From a virus, in IMG/VR virus record IMGVR_UViG_3300043406_000109, positions 1 to 43,985 of that record: a DNA stretch of 43,985 nucleotides; one strand, written 5' to 3'. Each line of letters starts with the position of its first letter. Position 1 is the first letter of the stretch. A program made the position numbers and the translations under genes. A model generated the notes under the pieces. That model did not search any database, was not told where the DNA came from, and saw only the letters and a list, made by a program, of their open reading frames with translations. Shown here in pieces: positions 25,446 to 32,353 of this stretch.

Positions 25446-26042
25446 ATGGGCGCCCGGACCACAATCCACCCGTGGGAAGTGATCTTTGCGAACGCCGTGC
25501 TGGCCGGCGCGAACAGTGCGGACGCGTTGCGCCTGTCCCGGCCGGACGTGGCCACGTGGAAACCGGCGAGCGTCGTGCGCGTGGCCGCGCGCGTGCGCCG
25601 CGGTCCATGGGTGTCCGGTTACATCCAGACGGAACTGGCCCGCGTGGAAAACGAGCGGCGCGAACGCGAACGCGTGATCCTGTCGCGCATGGACAAGCGG
25701 GCGTTTCTCGGCCGCGTGGTCCGTGCCCACGACGGCGAACAGTTGCCGAAACGGTATCTCAACCACGATCCGCTGATCGCGCTGAAGCTGGACAACGAAA
25801 TGACGGGCGACAATGCGCCGGTGCGCGTTGAAGGGGAGGTTACGCTCGGACTGATCATGGCCGCGCTCGCGTCGACCACGGGCCTGCCGGCGCCGGGCGA
25901 AATGGCGGACGGCGAAGCACTGGAGGTTGACGCGCGTCCCGTCGCGGCCTTGGCTTTGCCGGCGCCACAGAAATCCCACGCGAATGGAAACGGAAAGCAC
26001 AGCAACGGAGCCAACGGCAACGCCCGACAGTACGCCGATTGA
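25446..26042 (+). CDS. terS: Terminase small subunit-like protein (198 aa)
   Basis: The N-terminus 'EVIFANAVLAGANSADALRLSRPDVATWKPASVVRVAARVRRGPWVSGYI' resembles the Terminase_2-type HTH region (recollection). It lies 6.3 kb upstream of terL. Confidence 0.45.
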   Translation: MGARTTIHPWEVIFANAVLAGANSADALRLSRPDVATWKPASVVRVAARVRRGPWVSGYIQTELARVENERRERERVILSRMDKRAFLGRVVRAHDGEQLPKRYLNHDPLIALKLDNEMTGDNAPVRVEGEVTLGLIMAALASTTGLPAPGEMADGEALEVDARPVAALALPAPQKSHANGNGKHSNGANGNARQYAD

Positions 26043-26049
26043 CCGGGCC

Positions 26050-26301
26050 ATGTTGGAGCGGTGCGCGGCAATCTTGAACGGGGCGCCCGTGCCCACGGTT
26101 GACCGGCATTACTTGCCGCCACCGGGCGTGGCGCCAACTCACGGCCTCGTTTTCGCATTCGGGATCTACTTGGCCGTGCCACTGCGCGACCTGCGTGGCC
26201 GGTGGGTGAACCTCGCGGCCGTCCCCAAGTGCCCCGCGGATCCATTGCCGTGCAAGCGCCGCCAGTTGGTCGCGAAGCGCGGACACGAGGTGTGGTGTTG
26301 A
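26050..26301 (+). CDS. Hypothetical protein (83 aa; alternative start 25984)
   Basis: ATG 26050 lies 7 nt after the upstream stop. In frame with track ORF 25927-26301. Confidence 0.45.
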   Translation: MLERCAAILNGAPVPTVDRHYLPPPGVAPTHGLVFAFGIYLAVPLRDLRGRWVNLAAVPKCPADPLPCKRRQLVAKRGHEVWC

Positions 26302-26540
26302 GCTATCGCGCACAGGACCGCACGGAGATTTGCCGCGGGATCATGTTGGAACGCGTGCGCGACGCGGGCGCCTACGTCGACGACGCGGCGGCCGTGGAGG
26401 CGATGGAAAGCGGGGAAATGCGCCCGCTGCTGGAACGGTTCGCGGCCGGCGGCGTGATCGTGTTCGCGCGCACCGTGCTGCCGGACGCGAAGGGCAAACT
26501 CGAAAACGTCGTGACATGGACCGCGCACCGGCCGCACTAG
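26292..26540 (+). CDS. Hypothetical protein (82 aa from GTG 26292; 65 aa if from ATG 26343)
   Basis: GTG/GTG/TTG cluster overlapping the upstream TGA. Start uncertain. Confidence 0.4.
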   Translation: MVLSYRAQDRTEICRGIMLERVRDAGAYVDDAAAVEAMESGEMRPLLERFAAGGVIVFARTVLPDAKGKLENVVTWTAHRPH

Positions 26541-26761
26541 ACGCACGCGAGTGGGATCCGTGGGCGTGTCGCGCACAGTGGCACGTGATCGGCGCCGAAC
26601 GGTTCGAGGTGGGCGAGGTGATGCGCACGCCATGGCCGGCGGATCCGGCCTTCCCCGTGGTCGAAACGGTGTGCGTGGCCGTGTTCCCCTCGTGGTCCGT
26701 GTGGCGCGTGACGCGGGGCGCAAAGGACTTGCCGGCCGGTTCGTTCGTGGCATGCCTTTGA
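26516..26761 (+). CDS. Hypothetical protein (81 aa)
   Basis: ATG 26516 'MDRAPAALDAREWDPWACRAQWHV...'. 25-nt overlap with the previous ORF. Confidence 0.4.
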   Translation: MDRAPAALDAREWDPWACRAQWHVIGAERFEVGEVMRTPWPADPAFPVVETVCVAVFPSWSVWRVTRGAKDLPAGSFVACL

Positions 26762-26764
26762 AGC

Positions 26765-26974
26765 GTGCCCAACCCGCCACAGGAACCCCCGATCGCGAGC
26801 ACGGCGCCGAACTTCACGACGCGCGACGATCGTACGCCGGTGCACCAACAGGTGTTGGAGTCGACGTCACTGCCGGCCACGAAACCGCGTGCCCTTGGTG
26901 ATCGCGAGGCGCCCGAGGTGACGGATCTTGTCGGGCCAAGCGTGCCCACCGATTGGTTCGGCGTCCCGCTGTGA
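26765..26974 (+). CDS. Hypothetical protein (69 aa, GTG start), low complexity
   Basis: Track ORF; GTG lies 3 nt after the upstream TGA. Weak support only. Confidence 0.3.
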   Translation: MPNPPQEPPIASTAPNFTTRDDRTPVHQQVLESTSLPATKPRALGDREAPEVTDLVGPSVPTDWFGVPL

Positions 26975-27153
26975 GCGCATGCCCGGCCTGTGCCCGACCG
27001 ATGGAAGCGAACACCCTGTTCGTGTGCCGGACTTGCTGGCCGCGCGTGCCGGCGGTTGAACGTCGCGCCATCGCGTCGATGCACCTCAACCGGCAGGACA
27101 CCACCACGAAGCTGGCCAAGATTGTGCGGATCCTGAAGGCCGCGAACCCATGA
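26971..27153 (+). CDS. Zinc-ribbon protein (60 aa, GTG start)
   Basis: GTG 26971 overlaps the upstream TGA. Two CxxC pairs: 'CPAC...(12 aa)...CRTC'. Confidence 0.5.
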   Translation: MSACPACARPMEANTLFVCRTCWPRVPAVERRAIASMHLNRQDTTTKLAKIVRILKAANP

Positions 27154-28664
27154 GCGCACGCGGGCAATCGTCCAACCCGGACAACACGACGTCGAAGGAC
27201 ACGAAAACCACCGGCGCCCCGGCCGATGGTGCGCCCTACGGGTCCAACGTGCCGTTGTCGTCCCTGACGGGCGCCGATGATCTCAAGGCCATCGAAGCAC
27301 TGACGGGCACGAGTGGCCTACTGGCCAAAACGGCCGCGAACACGTGGGCACTGCGCACGCTGGCCAGTGCATCCGCCGGCCTGACGTGGACCAACGGCGA
27401 CGGCGCGGCCGGAAACCCCACGCCCGTGCTCGCCAACGACCTTTTGGGCCTTGAGGGCCTCGCGTCGACCGGCTTTGCCGTGCGCACCGCAACGGACACG
27501 TGGGCACAGCGCAGTCTCACACTCGCGGCGAGTGCTGACGTGTTGTTGGGGATCACGAATCCCGCGGGCGTGGCCGGGGATCCGCAGTTCACTCTCGACA
27601 CGCAAACCGCGAACCGCGTGTTTGCCGGCCCGACGAGCGGCGCCGCCGCGGCGCCCACGTTCCGGGCCTTGGTGGCGTTGGACGTGCCCGACCTGTCGGG
27701 GACGTACCAACCGCTTGACGCGGATCTCACGGCGATTGCCGCCCTGACCACGACCGCCGCGGCGCGCGGGGTGCTCACGTTGGCGGCGACGGCCAATCGA
27801 CTATATGGGAGCGACGGCAGCGGGAACGCTTCGCTCGTCACGCTGACAGCGAACCTCGCCCTCGCCGCCGCCGCCCTCGACACGGTGCAAGGAATCCAGA
27901 CGACGAGCACCCCACAGTTTGCGCGTCTTGGTCTTGGCACCGCGGCTGACGGAGCGGCGTTGTTGAAGGTGGGCACGGCCCTGACGGGTATCGGCAAGTT
28001 TGCCGCGGGCGTGTTGTCGGCGTCAGCCGGCGTCACGGATCTCGCGGCGACAACCGCGAATCGGTTGTTCGGCACCGATGGCAGCGGGGTGAGCGGGCTC
28101 GTTACGCTGTCCACGGGGTTGGCGTTGGCCGCGGCGTCGTTGGGCTTGGATGTGAACGCGCTCACGGCGGACGCAACGCCGGATGAATCGGCCGACTACT
28201 TACTCGAGTACGACGCAAGCGCGAGCGCCCACAAAAAGGTTCTGATCCGCAATCTGTTTCAGGCCGGCACCTTCACGCCCACCGTGACCTTTGCGACTGC
28301 GGGGGATTTGTCGGTGAGCTATAGCACGCAAACGGGGGCGTATCTGCGTCTAGGCAGTGCGATCATCGTTTCGATCGTCGTCGGCTTCACCCCCACCTAC
28401 ACCACGGCAAGCGGGGCGATTCGCATCGCGGGCCTGCCGGTCAACGCGACGACGCCCAACGCGCGGTTGATCTGCGTCCTAACCGCGGGTTCAATCACTT
28501 TTCCGGCCGGCGCGACTTATTTGGTGGGAAACACGAACAGCGGTACGGCGTATTGCACCGTTGGTTCACTCGGCAGCGCAGTGGCCGGGGCATTGACCAC
28601 AACGACGGAGTGGACTTCGGCGGTGGCGCGCACACTGGCGTTGTCGGGCATTTACTACGTGTGA
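27150..28664 (+). CDS. Tail fibre protein (504 aa)
   Basis: Ala/Thr/Gly-rich with internal repeats ('TANRLYGSDGSGNASLVTLTANLALAAAAL' / 'TANRLFGTDGSGVSGLVTLSTGLALAAASL'; 'TAANTWALRTL' / 'TATDTWAQRSL') and 'FRALVALDVPDLS..YQPLDADLTAIAAL', typical of phage fibre repeats. Confidence 0.75.
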   Translation: MSARGQSSNPDNTTSKDTKTTGAPADGAPYGSNVPLSSLTGADDLKAIEALTGTSGLLAKTAANTWALRTLASASAGLTWTNGDGAAGNPTPVLANDLLGLEGLASTGFAVRTATDTWAQRSLTLAASADVLLGITNPAGVAGDPQFTLDTQTANRVFAGPTSGAAAAPTFRALVALDVPDLSGTYQPLDADLTAIAALTTTAAARGVLTLAATANRLYGSDGSGNASLVTLTANLALAAAALDTVQGIQTTSTPQFARLGLGTAADGAALLKVGTALTGIGKFAAGVLSASAGVTDLAATTANRLFGTDGSGVSGLVTLSTGLALAAASLGLDVNALTADATPDESADYLLEYDASASAHKKVLIRNLFQAGTFTPTVTFATAGDLSVSYSTQTGAYLRLGSAIIVSIVVGFTPTYTTASGAIRIAGLPVNATTPNARLICVLTAGSITFPAGATYLVGNTNSGTAYCTVGSLGSAVAGALTTTTEWTSAVARTLALSGIYYV

Positions 28665-29653
28665 CGCCCATCGACGTTTTCGCCATTGGCGGACAAAGCA
28701 ATGCTGTCGGCTACGGCACGGGTGGTCCGCCGATTCCGCCCGGCGTGGCATGGCAATGGTGGGCCGGGGCACTGACGGCACTGACTGGCGATCCGGTGGG
28801 CGGATCAAGCGGCAGCGCGTGGCCGGCGTTTGCGTTGCGCTGGCGCGTGATCACCGGGCGCGCGATTTGTTTCGTGCCTTGTGCTGTCAGCGGCAGTGCG
28901 CAAACCGCCGCGGCCGACACCGGAGCGGGCAACTGGAGTGGGACCGGCGCTTTATTCAACGCCATGCTGGGGAGCGTGGCTGACGCACTGGCGGCGCTGA
29001 TCGCGGCGGATTTTCAGCCGTTGTTCCGCGGTATGATCTGGACGCAGGGTGAGGCCGACGCCGTGGCCATCGCGGGCGGGTTGCAGACGTCGGTTGATTA
29101 TCTGGCGGAACTGATCGCGATGGCCGATCGCTTTCACGACGAATTTGCGTTGGCCACTTTGTTTCTCGTTGAAACCGGCACGCGATCCGGCTCCAGCGAT
29201 GGGCCGTACGCCGCGATTCGCATCGCTCAGGAAACCGCACCGGCGGGCCGGGCGGACGTGGCCATGGTCCATTTTACCGCCAGCGAATTTGTGGACGCGG
29301 GTTGGCTGGCCCCGGGTAGCGACATTCATTGGTCGCAAGCCGGACTGGACCACGTGGGACGATTCAGTGCCGAAGCGATCGCCTCGGGCGCGGCGTTCAA
29401 CAAGCAATGGGCGCGCATGGTGGCGGCGAAAACCACCGGCGGCGCATTGCCGTGGGTGCAGTTGATCGTGGGCACCACGGGGAAGATTTATTTTGGCGCG
29501 GGACTGAATTTCATTGCGAGCGGCAGCGGTTCGCCCAACGCCGTGGTGGCGGCTCCGGTCGGAAGCATCTTCTTGCGTCGCGATGGCGGGCCGAGCACAA
29601 CACTCTACGTGAAAGAATCCGGCACCGGAACGACGGGATGGAACGCCAAATGA
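28661..29653 (+). CDS. SGNH / sialate O-acetylesterase (SASA, CE6-like) family esterase with a fibre-type C-terminal module (330 aa, GTG start)
   Basis: GTG 28661 overlaps the fibre TGA. 'FAIGGQSNAVG' (GQSN catalytic Ser block) and 'IWTQGEADA'. C-terminus 'GSIFLRRDGGPSTTLYVKESGTGTTGW' is a motif I recall from phage fibre/spike proteins. Confidence 0.7.
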   Translation: MTPIDVFAIGGQSNAVGYGTGGPPIPPGVAWQWWAGALTALTGDPVGGSSGSAWPAFALRWRVITGRAICFVPCAVSGSAQTAAADTGAGNWSGTGALFNAMLGSVADALAALIAADFQPLFRGMIWTQGEADAVAIAGGLQTSVDYLAELIAMADRFHDEFALATLFLVETGTRSGSSDGPYAAIRIAQETAPAGRADVAMVHFTASEFVDAGWLAPGSDIHWSQAGLDHVGRFSAEAIASGAAFNKQWARMVAAKTTGGALPWVQLIVGTTGKIYFGAGLNFIASGSGSPNAVVAAPVGSIFLRRDGGPSTTLYVKESGTGTTGWNAK

Positions 29654-29808
29654 CGACCGCTGAAGCACTGATGCTGCTCAACCATGCCACGCAACCGCAG
29701 AACGCGGGCAAGATCACGCGCGAGGGTTACGCGCAGTTGCAAATCGCTTTGGAAGTGATCGCCGAAGCGATCAAGCCTTCCGCCTCACCGTCACCGGAGA
29801 CAAAATGA
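29650..29808 (+). CDS. Small hypothetical protein (52 aa)
   Basis: ATG 29650 overlaps the upstream TGA (ATGA). Its stop is coupled to the next ATG. Confidence 0.45.
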   Translation: MTTAEALMLLNHATQPQNAGKITREGYAQLQIALEVIAEAIKPSASPSPETK

Positions 29809-30521
29809 TGAACGCAAATGCTTGGGCCTTCCTGCTCGCCGCGTCCGTCCTGCTCAGTTGGCAGGACAACTCGAACAACGAGGATGGGTTTCGTTTGGAG
29901 CGGTCGACCACGAGCGCGAGCGCGGGGTTCGTCGAAATCAACGGCGCGATCCCGGCCAACGCGACCACCTTCAGCGATGCGCTCGTGGCGCCGTCGACGG
30001 CGTATTGGTACCGCGTGCGCGCGTTTAACACTGCGGGCAACTCGGCGTTTTCCAACGTGGCGCCCGTCACGACCCCGCCGGCCGTGGTGATCCCGGTCGC
30101 ACCGGGCGGGGCGGGCGCGACGATCGCGGGCACGCTGACGAACGTCAGCAACCGCGGCCTCGTGACCGCGAACGACACGACCACCATCCCCGGGTTCACC
30201 GTCAGCGGCGGGCCGGTCAAGGTGCTCGTGCGCGCGATCGGGCCCGGCCTCGCGGCCTTCGGTGTGCCGGGCGTGTGCGCGGATCCCGTGATTTCGTTGC
30301 GCAACCAGACGGCGCCGACGGTGGAAATTGCCGGCAACGACAATTGGAGCGGACAGGCGTTGGTCGACGCGGCCGTGGCCGCGGGGGCGTTTCCGCTCGT
30401 GGCCGGGAGCAAGGACGCGGCGCTGTTGCTCACGCTGGCCCCGGGATCTTACACGGCCGTGATCACGGGCGTGGGCGGTGCCACGGGCGTGGCGCTGGCC
30501 GAAGTGTTCGTTGTCCCATGA
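29805..30521 (+). CDS. Secreted FN3-domain protein with a C-terminal beta-rich domain (238 aa)
   Basis: Signal-like 'MMNANAWAFLLAASVLLS'. FN3 hallmark 'WQDNSNNEDGFRLERS...TAYWYRVRAFNTAGNSAFSN'. The C-domain 'VLVRAIGPGLAAFGVPG..DPVISL...GAFPL..GSKDAALLLTL.PGSYTAV' is like a domain I recall in secreted Verrucomicrobia/Planctomycetes proteins. Confidence 0.65.
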   Translation: MMNANAWAFLLAASVLLSWQDNSNNEDGFRLERSTTSASAGFVEINGAIPANATTFSDALVAPSTAYWYRVRAFNTAGNSAFSNVAPVTTPPAVVIPVAPGGAGATIAGTLTNVSNRGLVTANDTTTIPGFTVSGGPVKVLVRAIGPGLAAFGVPGVCADPVISLRNQTAPTVEIAGNDNWSGQALVDAAVAAGAFPLVAGSKDAALLLTLAPGSYTAVITGVGGATGVALAEVFVVP

Positions 30522-30763
30522 AAGTGGACACCTCCACGCGCGTTTTTCTCGTGGCCGCCATTCCCGTGCTGTGCGCGGAACTCATGCGCTGGACGGGTGG
30601 GGCCTACGATTCCAAGCCGGCCGAAAAGATCGCCGGCCTGTTCGTGCTCGCCATTCTCAACGCGGTGTTGAACGGCCTCGTGTCGACGGCCGCGCTCAAC
30701 ACGCAACCCATCCGGTCGGGCGACATACTGCCCCGCCGGCCGGACCAACCGAAGGAACCATGA
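30518..30763 (+). CDS. Holin candidate (81 aa, two TM helices, charged C-terminus)
   Basis: ATG 30518 (ATGA overlap). TM1 'VFLVAAIPVLCAELM', TM2 'IAGLFVLAILNAVLNGLVSTAAL', tail 'RRPDQPKEP'. Confidence 0.45.
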   Translation: MKVDTSTRVFLVAAIPVLCAELMRWTGGAYDSKPAEKIAGLFVLAILNAVLNGLVSTAALNTQPIRSGDILPRRPDQPKEP

Positions 30764-31254
30764 AGAAACACGATTCGCCCTTGCCCTTGCTGTTCGTTGT
30801 CCTGCTGGCGTGCATGGCCGCAACCATGCCGCTCGTCGGGCCGGGCTGTGCCCACCCGACCGCCCTCGAAGCCGGCTCCGTTTTCGGCGCCGACGTTCTG
30901 TTGTACCAAGTCGAAAAGGAAGTGCCGGCCGCGTTCCACGTGGTCGACGCGTTCCTGTTGTTTGAACACGCTCAACACGCAACCCTGCCGGAAGGTGTGC
31001 GCACGGCCGCGGCCGAGATTCGCGCCAAGGCGCCCGACGTGTTCACGACGATGAACACCGCGCGGGACGAATACGTGGCCGCCAAGGCCGCGGTGGCCGC
31101 GGTGCGGGACGAGGCCGCCCGCACGGCCGCCGAGTTGCAACTCTCGGCGAGCACGGCCGCACTCAATGAAAAGCTCGCGCTGGCGACGTGGGCGTTGCAG
31201 ATGGCCAAGCCATGGGTGGCGAAATACGCGGTCAAGGTGGGAGGTGCGCCATGA
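30760..31254 (+). CDS. Lipoprotein (lipobox LLAC), spanin-like candidate (164 aa)
   Basis: ATG 30760 (ATGA overlap). 'MKKHDSPLPLLFVVLLAC' has an n-region, an h-region and L-L-A-C. The mature part is Ala-rich and helical. Confidence 0.5.
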   Translation: MKKHDSPLPLLFVVLLACMAATMPLVGPGCAHPTALEAGSVFGADVLLYQVEKEVPAAFHVVDAFLLFEHAQHATLPEGVRTAAAEIRAKAPDVFTTMNTARDEYVAAKAAVAAVRDEAARTAAELQLSASTAALNEKLALATWALQMAKPWVAKYAVKVGGAP

Positions 31255-31613
31255 GCGGAGGCATCCCACTCAATCAGCCCATGGGCGCACCGGCCGCGGA
31301 CGAACCGAAACCGCTGCTCGTGGGAACCCCGCCCGCGCCCCCGACCGCCACGAGTGTGGCCGCGTCGCCGTTGCTCGCGTTCGCCAACTCCATGTTGGAT
31401 CTCGTTTCCCTCGTGTCGCCGAAGGTGGCCATGGGCAATGCGGTGATCGTCGCCGGACTCACGGTGTTGCACGAGGAAATCATTCCGTCGATCCGCGACG
31501 CGTTCGCCAGTGGCCACGTGTCCGTCGCCGATGCGAATCAGGTCCGCGCCCGGTACGAAACGTATCGCGCGAACTTCGCCGAACGAATCTCCGCGCCGCA
31601 CTGGCGCGAGTGA
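31251..31613 (+). CDS. Membrane-associated hypothetical protein (120 aa)
   Basis: ATG 31251 (ATGA overlap). Pro-rich N-terminus, hydrophobic segment 'VAMGNAVIVAGLTVL'. Confidence 0.5.
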   Translation: MSGGIPLNQPMGAPAADEPKPLLVGTPPAPPTATSVAASPLLAFANSMLDLVSLVSPKVAMGNAVIVAGLTVLHEEIIPSIRDAFASGHVSVADANQVRARYETYRANFAERISAPHWRE

Positions 31614-31626
31614 ATGGTTGATGAGG

Positions 31627-31662
31627 GCCGGCGTCCGTTTTGCCCCGGGCGCCGGCTTTTTT
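31627..31662 (+). terminator. Hairpin plus T6: intrinsic terminator/attenuator abutting the next start codon
   Basis: Stem GCCGGCG (31627-31633) / CGCCGGC (31650-31656), then TTTTTT (31657-31662). ATG 31664 follows after 1 nt. Confidence 0.55.
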
Positions 31663-31663
31663 C

Positions 31664-32353
31664 ATGCGCAACCCCGTTGCCGTTCTCTGTCCCGGCCCGC
31701 GCTCACTGTCGAAGGTGTGGTGTGACGATCTTTTCGACTGTTACGCCCTCGTGGTCGCGGTGAATACCGCGGGATGGTTGTTCCGGTGCCATTGGCTGGC
31801 CGGGGTGGACGATCACGTGATCCGCCCCGTGATGGGCGGAACCAAACGCCGGCCGTTGCGCGGGATCCTGTCGAACACGGGATGGCGCACCGAGATTGTG
31901 CACCGCCGGTTCGGGTGGGAGTGCTTGGGCCGGTTCTACGAAATGGGCGAGAACGAGCGGTGGGCGGCCGTGGTCGAAAAGGATGACGGAAAAAAGGTGG
32001 GCGTGTTCCGGTTCACCTTCCCCAACGCACTGGCGTGGGCCTTGGCCCACTCGCCGGCCTCCGTCGACGTGTTCGGCGTCGACTGGAGTTTCGACCGGCT
32101 GGACGCGGCCGGCGATGATCGCGGGGACCACAAGGAACTGCGTTGGATGCAAGAGGCCGAGGAATTGCGCCGGCTGATCCGCGATCTTGCCCCGCACCAA
32201 CGCGACGGCCTGCGGATCCACGGCGAAGCGCCCGCGGCCGTGCGCGATTACATCATGGGGCGCCGGGACACGTGGGAGCACGTCAACCCGGTGGCGGCGG
32301 CCGAGCGCGAGCAACGCGCGCGTGGCCGGCTCCGCCTGCGTCTGCCCGTATGA
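31664..32353 (+). CDS. Hypothetical Rossmann-like protein (229 aa), possibly DUF115/MptE-like
   Basis: ATG 31664; the track start at 31640 lies inside the terminator stem. 'VAVLCPGPRSL', 'VVAVNTAG' and 'VDVFGVDWS' loosely recall nucleotide-binding transferase-like folds. Weak call. Confidence 0.5.
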   Translation: MRNPVAVLCPGPRSLSKVWCDDLFDCYALVVAVNTAGWLFRCHWLAGVDDHVIRPVMGGTKRRPLRGILSNTGWRTEIVHRRFGWECLGRFYEMGENERWAAVVEKDDGKKVGVFRFTFPNALAWALAHSPASVDVFGVDWSFDRLDAAGDDRGDHKELRWMQEAEELRRLIRDLAPHQRDGLRIHGEAPAAVRDYIMGRRDTWEHVNPVAAAEREQRARGRLRLRLPV

